Shown here: one piece after another, positions 54,413 through 63,752 of the stretch
Layout: each line of letters begins with the position of its first letter
Numbering within the stretch: position 1 is the stretch's first letter
IMG/VR virus record: IMGVR_UViG_3300046777_002658
Coordinates: 32,001 to 96,000 of that record
Origin: a virus
Strand: one strand, 5' to 3'
DNA: 64,000 nt
The notes under the pieces: model-generated
Told to the model about the DNA's origin: nothing
Seen by the model: the letters and a program-made list of their open reading frames with translations, nothing else
Databases searched by the model: none
Program-made: the position numbers and the translations under genes

Positions 54413-54487
54413 AGGGAAGGGGGCTGGTTATTTCATTAATAACCAGCCCCCTTCAGCCCCGCCTTGCTTGCCCTAAAAGAAAAAAGA

Positions 54488-55123
54488 TTATGAGTTTTTC
54501 AAACAGAGTTCAGCCTTGAGTCTGTCATTCTCCAACATTAGATGTTGGTTCTTCTCTGTTACGTCCTGTAAGAGAGCTCTCAATGCACTAACCTCTATTT
54601 GTAACTCTTTCTTTGAAGGTACTTTAGGGTCGGGCTCTCCCTTACCTCTTTTCTCATCAAAATAAAGATGGTGGTCTAACTCTTTGAGATCGTAACCTTG
54701 CGACCGCTTCTCAAGTCCCCATCTAATGATATCCATAGTGATCTCAAGCCGATAAGCTGCATTTTCCTCCATGAGCTTTAGCTCTTCAACTACGTCCCAG
54801 TTCTCAGCCAGCTTGATATACTTGTATATCTGAGTTTTCTTCAAGCCAGACTCATAAGACTGATGTTCGCGCAGGAAGTGGTCAAAGGAAGTAAACTCTC
54901 CCATATCCGAAGAGACTGGGTGTAGCTTACTTGCTCCAGCAAGACTGTTTTTAATGTGAAGAAATTCAACCCCACAGTCTTTGTACATCACTAAGCTTTT
55001 CTTACGATGCTTTTGAGAAGTGCTATACTCCTTCTGTCCTTCTAGCCAGTTATTCATACCTTGTTTGTAGTATACTGAAAGAAGGACTTGCTCTCCTGGA
55101 AAAGAAAACTGATTAGCTGTCAT
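54488..55123 (-). CDS. DUF3102-like putative DNA-binding protein (paralog of 47785-48597)
   Basis: TQIYKYIKLAENWDVVEELKL...ELDHHLYF. Confidence 0.6.
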   Translation of the reverse strand: MTANQFSFPGEQVLLSVYYKQGMNNWLEGQKEYSTSQKHRKKSLVMYKDCGVEFLHIKNSLAGASKLHPVSSDMGEFTSFDHFLREHQSYESGLKKTQIYKYIKLAENWDVVEELKLMEENAAYRLEITMDIIRWGLEKRSQGYDLKELDHHLYFDEKRGKGEPDPKVPSKKELQIEVSALRALLQDVTEKNQHLMLENDRLKAELCLKNS

Positions 55124-55257
55124 AGCTCTAAGTTAATAAGGTTTACTATTAGTCGTTTAGTTGTTTAGTAAAAAAAAATAACTGAACGACTATTTCAATA
55201 GTAACTCTTTTCCACAAGAAAAAAGAATAGTGAGAGTAATCAAGTGAGAGACCAGCC

Positions 55258-56013
55258 ATGTCAGAACCCAACCCAGTAGACAAAGATATTAAAAAGACTA
55301 TTGATAGTTGGCTTCTCTCTTTACCTTATAAAGAGGGAGACGTAGTGAAGTGTTACTATCCCGATGGGTTACTGCAACCAAAAGAATTAGAAATAGAAGA
55401 GTTAGAAATCTCCTCTAACTGTGCAAGTGGAGTAAGAGTACAGCTCAAAGGAATTAGAACGCGAACAGGCACAGAGTTATGGTTAGACTCTGATTGGATA
55501 GAACCTACCCGAGTAGAAGTAAAAGCAGCAGAGGCAGAGGAGTCAAAAGCAATAACAGATACCAAATGGATTGCTGTAGACCCAGATAACTTACCAGAGG
55601 GTGAGGTGTTGGCTATCAGTAAAGATAGACTGAGACCAGTAATAGGTGAGATTAAAATCCACAAGAACGGGGGTTTATACTGCCAGGATGATGAGGGACA
55701 TTCCATTACTCCTGAGGCTTACCAGCCTTTAGAAGCTGTTCACCAACTATGGGAAGGTCATAATCCATCTGCTGGATATTCTAAAGATAGTGATGCCTTC
55801 AAGTTACTAGAGTGGATTATTGAGTCTGATAGTAGTTTAGGTAAAGCATTAGAAGAAATACCTATCAAAGCTGGACACACAATAAAGATACTAGCTCAAC
55901 AGATAATTAAACTGTCGAGGCTTGTAGAAGATGCCCCTCAGAGTCCTGAGAGAAACTCAAGTGACTTCTTTCAAGAATTAATTTACTGGATTAAAGATTA
56001 CATAGCTGATTAG
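55258..56013 (+). CDS. Hypothetical protein (paralog of 57314-57812)
   Basis: 251 aa; KWIAVDPDNLPEGEVLAI...QDDEG...ELIYWIKDYIA. Confidence 0.7.
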   Translation: MSEPNPVDKDIKKTIDSWLLSLPYKEGDVVKCYYPDGLLQPKELEIEELEISSNCASGVRVQLKGIRTRTGTELWLDSDWIEPTRVEVKAAEAEESKAITDTKWIAVDPDNLPEGEVLAISKDRLRPVIGEIKIHKNGGLYCQDDEGHSITPEAYQPLEAVHQLWEGHNPSAGYSKDSDAFKLLEWIIESDSSLGKALEEIPIKAGHTIKILAQQIIKLSRLVEDAPQSPERNSSDFFQELIYWIKDYIAD

Positions 56014-56063
56014 AGTTAAGAGGGAGGCAACTCTCTACCCTAGTAACCAACTCATGAGATAGT

Positions 56064-57239
56064 TTGTGTAACTCTGCTGGTAAGAAAAAAAGCCAAAAGA
56101 GAGGATTCCTCACACAAATTACTATGAGCATTCACTTTCTAGTTACCTTTAGCTTATTCTGCTGGGTAGTCTTACACCTAGCTAGGCATTCTTTGATAAC
56201 TCCTTATATAGCCGGGGGAGCAGCCATGACTCTGTGTTCCTACTTTCAAACCAAAGCAGTAGTCTTTCTGGTTGCCGTAGTCCTTGCCTACTTCACTGTT
56301 TATCTCCTGAATGAGGATGTAGACCCCAACCAACTGTTAGTAAGAGATAGAGAGAGTGCGGCTGCCCTGACAGAGGAGATAGGTGGCAACATTAAAGTAG
56401 TGAAAGTAGTGACTTTGCTACTGTTCTGCTTCCTACCAATCCCCAGCCCTCCTGGTTTTATTACAGGAATACTCCCAGTAGTGATTATCTCTTTGCTGAT
56501 ATTCCTCAACAAGGATGCAGGGAAAGGCAACCTGGTAGGTTATCTGGTTTTGGTTATGGGAGCAGTAGGAGGAGCCAGTTTTACTCTATGGTTAGTCAAA
56601 ACCTTCCTACCAATCCAAGTGAGTGTAATACCAATATTAACCGGGCTGGCTATCCCTTCCTTGCTGGGCTGTGACCCACCACCTACCAAGAGCTTGAGAG
56701 AAAGAGGGTTGAACTCCCCACCAGGGATAAACAACATTCTGTGGACATTCCTGCTCACTTGGGTAACACCAGGTTTATCTCTGAGTGCTACCACGTCTGC
56801 GCTCATAGCTCCTGGTGCTTACAGGTTAGTAATTGCTAACCTAACTTCTGTAGCTATAGAAGGCTGGAATCTAGGTCTGTTGTTTAGGGATGGGAGTTCT
56901 ACTAAAACTCCTCTAGGAGACTTATTACTCAGACCAGACCGCTGGTATCAAACCCCAACCTTGCAAGTTTCAGGAGCGGGGCTGGACCACCTGTTCTTTG
57001 TAGTCCTGCTGGGAGTAATGCCAGCGGTCGCAATGTACCTCTGGTGTAACTCAAAGTTTGAGCCAGACCCTTCCATAATCATTGTGGTGATGCTATTGCA
57101 GTCTGCCGTGATAGCAGGTTGGTCATCCTTAGTTTTAGTACCTCTGGGATTTGGGTTTGCTATATTGCAGATGGCGTTGATGCCAAACTATTCAGAGATT
57201 AGAAGCTTGACTATCATGGCTCCAATGCTTGTACCTTAA
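56064..57239 (+). CDS. Polytopic membrane protein, possibly TctA/DUF112-like; probable start ATG 56124
   Basis: About 10 hydrophobic segments; ILTGLAIPSLL and TPGLSLSA recall TctA-type proteins. Membrane protein is clear, family is tentative. Confidence 0.5.
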   Translation: MCNSAGKKKSQKRGFLTQITMSIHFLVTFSLFCWVVLHLARHSLITPYIAGGAAMTLCSYFQTKAVVFLVAVVLAYFTVYLLNEDVDPNQLLVRDRESAAALTEEIGGNIKVVKVVTLLLFCFLPIPSPPGFITGILPVVIISLLIFLNKDAGKGNLVGYLVLVMGAVGGASFTLWLVKTFLPIQVSVIPILTGLAIPSLLGCDPPPTKSLRERGLNSPPGINNILWTFLLTWVTPGLSLSATTSALIAPGAYRLVIANLTSVAIEGWNLGLLFRDGSSTKTPLGDLLLRPDRWYQTPTLQVSGAGLDHLFFVVLLGVMPAVAMYLWCNSKFEPDPSIIIVVMLLQSAVIAGWSSLVLVPLGFGFAILQMALMPNYSEIRSLTIMAPMLVP

Positions 57240-57313
57240 AGGAGATTGTATGACTGAAGTAACAAGAGTTAATAAATCACTGATGATTTTAGAAAACAAA
57301 GGAGCGCAGCAGT

Positions 57314-57812
57314 ATGAGTATTAAATGGATTCTAGTTGATGCTAACAATCTACCAGAGGATGAGGTAATAGCTATTGATAAAGAAGGGCACATAGTGGTA
57401 GGATTCTTTATGCCCTCTTCACGCTCTTATTCCCCCCCCTCATCAACTTGTTGTTGCAGTACAAGATGATGAAGGGAGAGTGGTGAAAGATGTACACTCC
57501 TTCATACCTATGAAACATCTAACAAAGCTATGGAGAGAACAAAACCAGGTAGTACCAAATTACTACTCCAAAAAGAGTAAAGCTTACGAGATTCTCTCGT
57601 GGCATATGGAAGAGGGTGTGCTGAAAGAACCTTGGAACTCTGGACTACTAGAGTGTCCTTTAAAGGCTACTAAGCTTATAAGGTGTTTAGCCAATTCTAT
57701 GGTTCTTAACTACTTCATTTACCCATCCAAAGCAAAGCTAATAGCTGGCGATACGCAAATAATGGATGAGCTTGTCTACTGGCTAAAAGAATACATTGCT
57801 GCTAATAAGTAA
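57314..57812 (+). pseudogene. Frameshifted paralog of 55258-56013, split at a C8 tract (57432-57439)
   Basis: ATG 57314 gives MSIKWILVDANNLPEDEVIAI and stops at 57475; removing one C joins it to the 57480-57812 frame (QDDEG...ELVYWLKEYIA). Confidence 0.65.
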
Positions 57813-57930
57813 AATAAAGAGGGCTGCCCCTCTTTATTTCTATAAGCTATAACCTCCCAATCACATTACAATAACTCTCCACCACAGAACTAGCAGTAAA
57901 CGCTTCCAGAGAGTTGTTAAAGAAAAAACA

Positions 57931-58188
57931 GTGACCTTTACAGCAGAAAATTTTGTAGAAATGGAAAAAGCAAAACTAAAAAGCGGGACTGGCTATTCTT
58001 CTAAAAAGACTTTCTATTACCATGTCTGTAAAGGAGAAGACCAAGAGATTACTTTTAACCAAGAGGATTTAGGAGAGGCAGTAGAGTTAAGCAACATCTA
58101 TTCCAATCTTGGAGACTTTGAAGAAGAGCCTTCTCTTAAAGATGTAATAGAAAGACTATTAGAGCTAGAAAGAGGCTATGAAAGTTAG
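57931..58188 (+). CDS. Hypothetical small acidic protein
   Basis: 85-aa co-oriented ORF. Confidence 0.5.
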   Translation: MTFTAENFVEMEKAKLKSGTGYSSKKTFYYHVCKGEDQEITFNQEDLGEAVELSNIYSNLGDFEEEPSLKDVIERLLELERGYES

Positions 58189-58375
58189 AGGAGTCTAACA
58201 TTTAAAGAATGGATGGAGCAAGAAAAAAGAACAAAGAAAGTATATCAACAGAGAGCTCAAACAAGCTCTCCTTTTCATTTTTAAAAAAGATAAGGTGCAC
58301 TACTACAATGATCTAATTAAAAGCTACACAGTCAATCACTAACAAAGCAAATGATAAAGAAAATAACAAACAAAG

Positions 58376-58798
58376 ATGGCACGCGCAACACTATATACAG
58401 ATGGTTCAGGATTAGGTGGTTATGGAATCTATGGAGTCAGTGACCACGGCAGGATAGAATGTGGGGGCAGGTGCGAATACAGAGATTCTGTAGCTTGCGA
58501 ACTGTATGCTATTCTGGAAGGCATCAGAACCTGCCTAAACCAGTGGGGGGAGAACATTGACAGAATTTTAGTCCACTCAGACTCCCAACAAGCCCTCAAA
58601 TTAACTAAAAATTCTTTCAGAAACAAGCTGTCCCCCAGAGAAGACTTAAGAGAACTCCAAAAACACTTTCAAGCCCTGTCTAAACAAGTGAGAGTAGACA
58701 TTCGCTGGGTGCCTGGACATCAGACAGGAAACTCTACAGAAGCTTACCTCAACAGGAAAGTTGACCAGATAGCATCCAGACACAACAGAGCAGCATGA
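58376..58798 (+). CDS. Ribonuclease HI-like protein
   Basis: LYTDGS, ELYAILEG, VHSDS, WVPGH and N..VD..A give the D-E-D-D catalytic set. Confidence 0.85.
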   Translation: MARATLYTDGSGLGGYGIYGVSDHGRIECGGRCEYRDSVACELYAILEGIRTCLNQWGENIDRILVHSDSQQALKLTKNSFRNKLSPREDLRELQKHFQALSKQVRVDIRWVPGHQTGNSTEAYLNRKVDQIASRHNRAA

Positions 58799-59293
58799 CA
58801 AAAGTTTTTCTCTGGCTTTAGACAGCCGAAACAAACAACCAATGCACAACATCCCTTCCTTCCTTGCATAACTTTAGTCTTACCTGCAAAGCCAACAAGC
58901 TTTAGACATGACAAATCACCCTCAAGTTCAAGTGACTTTAAGAGTGTCTAAACCAAGCTAGTTGGCTGCTCTGCTATTGATGGTAATTTACTGAATCATG
59001 TCTTCAGCGGGAGACTAAAAGTGGCCTTGGCTCTCACCCAGCGTCACTCGACTGTTAGATAAGTTGACCCTTGAACTGTCATGCACTTGGTCTCCGCCTG
59101 CAATGTTAAGGTGGTCTGTCTATCTACTCTTATTGTACCCTGATTAACAAAAAGAAAGAAATAATTTCTAAAAAAGTTTGACAGCCGACCTCAAAACACA
59201 ACTTTATTATTTCTTAACAATCTCTGTAAAGCCTGCTGCGTAAGAGTTTGAGAGGTTAGATAAAAAATATTTAGAAATTCTTTGGAAAAACAC

Positions 59294-59322
59294 TTGTCAT
59301 TATTGTTTTATTACTGTATGAT
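59294..59322 (+). promoter_or_regulatory. Host sigma70-type promoter TTGTCA-N17-TATGAT
   Basis: One mismatch per box, 17-bp spacer, AT-rich upstream sequence, intergenic. Confidence 0.55.
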
Positions 59323-59614
59323 GATAGTAGAAGAACTAAATATAGATTAAACCTCTAAGTACAGAGCTGGTATAGAAAATGACTAAACATACCCTATATC
59401 CCATCTTCATTATTTGAATTTTTTATTTGTACTTCTTAATAAGCTATTTAATACCCCTTGTTGTAAAACAAGGGGTATTTTAGTATTTAACCTCTTTCTA
59501 CTCTATCCTACCCTTTCCAAGAGGCGCTACCAAAGTTTATTTTGGGGACTAGTGTTATTATGCAAGAAAAGAGAATAGAGAGAGAGTAGTGAAACAAAAA
59601 GTATACTAGCGAGT

Positions 59615-60049
59615 ATGGTAAATAAGAAAGAAGCTGAGAGAAGTTTAGATTTAAAGAAAGCAGCTTTGATTGCTTTCAGGGCATGGAGATACAAAGGGTC
59701 TTTATACCTTAGAGTCGTGGAGCAGACAAATGGGTTAGCAGTCATTCTTTCGGATGTGTGTAGAGAAGATCACAAGATTAAAGAAGGGGAGGAGGGCTGG
59801 GCTTACAAGATGTGCGTCGGTTGGGGGAATTATTTGTTACCTCCTGGTCTTTTGCATTATGGAGGAGAGAGCTGGTTTAGTGATAAAGAGGATAGTTTAA
59901 TAAAATTGCTGACAGTGATCGCTCGTGAATGGTATGAACCCACAGTTGTTATACACTGTGAGGAGAATAGTTCTTCTAGAGAGGATGTATTAGAAGGAGA
60001 AGGGAGGGTGGCTTTAATGAGATACCTTGCTGCTTTTCGTCAGCGTTAA
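59615..60049 (+). CDS. Hypothetical protein
   Basis: 144-aa ORF. Confidence 0.6.
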   Translation: MVNKKEAERSLDLKKAALIAFRAWRYKGSLYLRVVEQTNGLAVILSDVCREDHKIKEGEEGWAYKMCVGWGNYLLPPGLLHYGGESWFSDKEDSLIKLLTVIAREWYEPTVVIHCEENSSSREDVLEGEGRVALMRYLAAFRQR

Positions 60050-60398
60050 GAAGAGGAGTTGCTATGACTACAAGTTTTAGGAAACAAGAAAAAAGAATAA
60101 AGAAAGAGTCTAAGATTACTAAAATGAACTACAGCAACTAGCCCTGACACAGAGCTAGTTGGCTAATTGTCCATTAAAAGAGATAAAAGCTTCTAGGGAG
60201 CCGGCAGTCACTTTATGCCTGCTTGCTAGTTAATAGCCTTTAAAAAAAAGTTAAAACATGGAGGAGCCGGCTTCCTAAAGGAGGAGCCGGCTTCCTAAAA
60301 GAACTGAAGTCTGGCTTTGCAGAGAGTGGAAAAACTTTGAGATAGAAGGAGTAATCAGATAATGACTAGTACAAAGCAATTTAAACAACAGGAGATTT

Positions 60399-60773
60399 AT
60401 GAAAAGAGATTTAAGACGCCTGACTGAGTTAGTTAATGTAGTGCTGCCACAAGTAAAAGATGAAGAGTTTAATTTATTTTCATGGAAAAGCGAAAGCAAC
60501 TGCGGGACAGTAGCTTGTGCTGTTGGTCATGCTTGCTTACACCCACCTTTTCAAAAAGCTGGACTGTCCCTCTCTTTTTATGAGATTCCTTATCCAATAT
60601 ATAATGGTGTCACAGGTACATCTGCCGTAGCTCAGTTCTTTAACTTGTCAGCAGTTGAGGTAGAAGACTTGTTCTTTGTACAGTCATACCCAAACAGAAA
60701 GGACACCACTAAGCAAGAGGTGATGCAAAGGATTAAAGAGTTGCTGGCAACAAACAGTTCGTCAGAAAGCTAG
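60399..60773 (+). CDS. Conserved-looking phage protein with a CGTVAC motif
   Basis: AGGAG RBS; FNLFSW...CGTVACAVGH pattern seen in small phage proteins of unknown function. Confidence 0.65.
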   Translation: MKRDLRRLTELVNVVLPQVKDEEFNLFSWKSESNCGTVACAVGHACLHPPFQKAGLSLSFYEIPYPIYNGVTGTSAVAQFFNLSAVEVEDLFFVQSYPNRKDTTKQEVMQRIKELLATNSSSES

Positions 60774-60946
60774 AATAGTAACAAAAGGAGCTGTGTTGTG
60801 TTAGGACTAATTAAGGTAGTTAGAGATTGAAACAAAACAAGGATTAAAACAAAAAGGAGATTTTGTGATGATTTACTTAAACAGTGGAGACGAGAAAGAC
60901 CACAACCAGCCAATTAAAAGACCACCAGGTGGTAGATAGTAAAAAA

Positions 60947-60974
60947 GTGAGGGAGGTCGAGACCTCCCTTTTTG
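60947..60974 (+). terminator. Intrinsic terminator-like hairpin
   Basis: AGGGAGGTC-GA-GACCTCCCT followed by Ts. Confidence 0.65.
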
Positions 60975-61026
60975 TTTCAATAAACTTAGTAATGACTTAA
61001 ACCTAGAGTTAAGAAAATAAGAGAAG

Positions 61027-61794
61027 ATGAATAACTTGATAATTCTTGGTGGCAGAAAGGGTAGTGGTAAGTCAACTTGTGGAGCTATTCTTGAGAAGAA
61101 ACTGGGCTACAAGCAGGTTAGTTTTGCCAGTAAGCTAAAAGAAGTAGTTGCTAAAGTGTATAACCTAGATAGGACTAAGCTAGAAGGCTTGACAGAGGAG
61201 GATAGAAAGTGGCGTGAGACTCCTTTGGTCAATTTGAGAGGAGAGAAAGCTATAAACCACCAAACCTTTTGGGAAGAAAAGTACAAAAACGCTATCCAAG
61301 ATGTTTATGGAATTGAGCTGACAGATTACTACCAAGACTGCCAAACTCTACAAAACAGAACTGCTTTAGATGTTTTTAGTGAGTTAAAATGTGCAGTTGA
61401 TAAGCTAAACAGGTATAGAGACCTCACTCCCAGACAGTTGATGCAGTATGTAGGAACAGAAGTATTTAGAACAATAAGCAAAAACACTTGGTGTGAAGCT
61501 TTAGGTAGAGAGATTGAACCAGACTTAGATGCTGGGCAGAAATTTGTAGTCACAGATGGCAGATTTGAGAATGAGGCGCTGTGGGGTAAATCTAAAGGTG
61601 CATTGATTGTTTTCATAAGTAGAGGACTAGAGCCTGAATACAATGATGAGCACTCTAGTGAGAACTTAAAGGAGTTTGAGCAGCTTGCGGATGTAGTTAT
61701 AACTAATAACTCAAGTGTAGAAGAGCTAGAAGGGTTTTGGGTGTCCTTCTTTTCATTAGGTAAGCAGAATTTAAGACAGCCTTTGATAGTATAG
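61027..61794 (+). CDS. Deoxynucleoside monophosphate kinase (T4 gp1-like)
   Basis: GRKGSGKST P-loop, SFASKLKE, TPRQLMQYVGTEVFR, VVTDGRFENE. Confidence 0.85.
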   Translation: MNNLIILGGRKGSGKSTCGAILEKKLGYKQVSFASKLKEVVAKVYNLDRTKLEGLTEEDRKWRETPLVNLRGEKAINHQTFWEEKYKNAIQDVYGIELTDYYQDCQTLQNRTALDVFSELKCAVDKLNRYRDLTPRQLMQYVGTEVFRTISKNTWCEALGREIEPDLDAGQKFVVTDGRFENEALWGKSKGALIVFISRGLEPEYNDEHSSENLKEFEQLADVVITNNSSVEELEGFWVSFFSLGKQNLRQPLIV

Positions 61795-61879
61795 CAAGAA
61801 GGAAAGTTTAACTCTTTGAAAGGTGATGTTAACTAGCTTCTAATCTACTATCCTGTAAGAATTTAAGAAGAAATAAACT

Positions 61880-62677
61880 ATGGACATCCAAAAACTGAAC
61901 AGCGCGACAAAGTACCCTTCCATTTTGTCCTATCACCAGCATGGGCAGAAAGGGCTTCTAACAGAGAAGCTAAACTGTACTCCTCCCACTTGCTTTCACG
62001 CGCTTCCTCTGGGCTGCACAGAGAAGATAAACGGTAGTAATGCTAGAATCATCCTCTTTTTAGATAAAGACCAATGGAGGTTTGTTATAGGCAGCCGTGA
62101 GACTTTACTTTATACTAATGGCGACTTTTTACTAAGAGAAGAGTATAGTATTGTAGAAACCTTACAAGCTACAGCAGCACGACTGCAGAGACAAAAGGTT
62201 TATGCGTTCAATGAGAACGCCATCACAACCTTCTATTTTGAGGTGTTCGGTGACGCTTCTCAGCCAGAAAGTAAAAACTACAGCAGCTTTCATAATCCTA
62301 CTTTTAGATTATTTGATGTGTCTAGAGTAGATATAGACTTCTTTGAGAAACAGTCTATTGAGGAAATAGCTGCTTGGAGAGAACGCGGTGGTCAGCATTT
62401 CTTGGATGAGTTAGAGTTGCAACATATAAAGGATAAACTCTTTCTAAACCTAGTGCCTCGTAGATGGAATGTACAGCTACCCACAAGTATTGAAGATACA
62501 TATAGTTGGCTTCAAGAAATTATGCCTGAAACTCGTTGCTTGTTAGACAACACAGGTAAAGGTAAAGCAGAAGGAGTGGTGGTGAGGAATAGCGATCGCT
62601 CTTTTATCGCAAAGATTAGGTTTGAAGATTACGAGAGACACTTCAGAAAAATAGAACTACAGGGAAAGGGAAAATGA
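61880..62677 (+). CDS. RNA ligase (Rnl2-like nucleotidyltransferase)
   Basis: TEKINGSN (motif I), FEVFG, FRLFDV, AEGVVVR, AKI. Confidence 0.75.
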   Translation: MDIQKLNSATKYPSILSYHQHGQKGLLTEKLNCTPPTCFHALPLGCTEKINGSNARIILFLDKDQWRFVIGSRETLLYTNGDFLLREEYSIVETLQATAARLQRQKVYAFNENAITTFYFEVFGDASQPESKNYSSFHNPTFRLFDVSRVDIDFFEKQSIEEIAAWRERGGQHFLDELELQHIKDKLFLNLVPRRWNVQLPTSIEDTYSWLQEIMPETRCLLDNTGKGKAEGVVVRNSDRSFIAKIRFEDYERHFRKIELQGKGK

Positions 62678-63639
62678 GTAACACAAAAATCATCTACCAT
62701 AAAATAAACCAAAATACCAACTGTCCAGACGGCTATTCGGCAGCGTGGATTGCTCTTAAGAAATATCCTGATGCTGAAATAATAGGGTGGGAGTATCAGA
62801 CTGAACCACCCTTAACATCTGACAAACTAACAAATCTGTTCAAGTTATTAGTTAGAAGTTTTTCTAAGAATGTAAAACATCCTCAGAAAACTCTTATAAC
62901 CCCTGGAGACAGAATTGTGATAGTTGACTTCTCCTTCCCTAAAGAAGTTCTTGACTCTTGGGTGGCTATAGGTGTTGAGGTAATAGTAATAGACCACCAC
63001 AAGACAGCACAAAAGATGCTTGAAGGGTTTGCTGGTGGTATCCTGCGTTTTGACATGGAGAAATGTGGGGCTATGCTAACTTGGGAATACTTTTTCCCAG
63101 ACAAGCCAGTTCCAGAGTTTATCAAGTATGTCCAAGACCAAGACTTATGGCAGTGGTCTTTACGCTACTCAAAAGAGGTAAGAGAGGCTTTTGGTAGTCT
63201 GGGTAGAAACTTTAAGACCTTTAACTTTCTAGAAACTCTTTCAGGCGATGAGTTTGTAGAGTATATGCTTTCAATAGGAGAGCCACTTGTTAAGGCTAGA
63301 GAAGAAAAGGTCAAGGCGATCGCTAGTAGGCACAAGGATACATTTCTTGATGAGTATATTATCAAGGCTGTAGAGCTGACTGAAGATGAGCTGCCTTTAA
63401 CTTCAGATGTTTGTGCCTTCTTGTATAATCAGTTTCCAGACGTTCCTTTTACTGCTTGCTACAACTATGAGCCTCAGAACTTGCTGCAAAAGCTTCTGAG
63501 AAAAACTAAAACTGTAAAGTGGAGTCTGAGGTCTAGCAACAAGAATCCTAACGCTGTAGATGTCTCAGCCGTTGCAAAAAAACGGGGTGGAGGGGGACAT
63601 CACTCGGCAGCAGGTTTCAGTACAAAAGAAGAAAAGTGA
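62674..63639 (+). CDS. DHH/DHHA1 phosphoesterase
   Basis: CPDG, IVDF, IDHHKT and GGGGHHSAAGF. Confidence 0.85.
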   Translation: MSNTKIIYHKINQNTNCPDGYSAAWIALKKYPDAEIIGWEYQTEPPLTSDKLTNLFKLLVRSFSKNVKHPQKTLITPGDRIVIVDFSFPKEVLDSWVAIGVEVIVIDHHKTAQKMLEGFAGGILRFDMEKCGAMLTWEYFFPDKPVPEFIKYVQDQDLWQWSLRYSKEVREAFGSLGRNFKTFNFLETLSGDEFVEYMLSIGEPLVKAREEKVKAIASRHKDTFLDEYIIKAVELTEDELPLTSDVCAFLYNQFPDVPFTACYNYEPQNLLQKLLRKTKTVKWSLRSSNKNPNAVDVSAVAKKRGGGGHHSAAGFSTKEEK

Positions 63640-63752
63640 GTAAAGATTGTGTGCAGCAAGAGATAAAATTATCCTTGCCAGCACAGCAAAGAGCAAAGCT
63701 GAGTAAGCTATAATAAACTAAGAATTAAAAACTTTTAGTCTATACGCTATCT

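Larger units (their letters stand above)
41914..58297 (+). promoter_or_regulatory. Dispersed upstream motif class II, AAAAAAGAWWAGTG(RRTGRAW), about 23 copies
   Basis: Copies start at about 41914, 42011, 42836, 43335, 43641, 43965, 44221, 44611, 45012, 45672, 46325, 47236, 47470, 48643, 49601, 50181, 51035, 51652, 51756, 52631, 54480, 55219 and 58283; nearly all intergenic, many 39-54 bp before a start. Confidence 0.75.

Noticed and set aside
60089-60102. AAAAAAGAATAAAG as a further class II copy
   Set aside because: Lies inside a short Lys-rich reading frame and lacks the AGTG extension.
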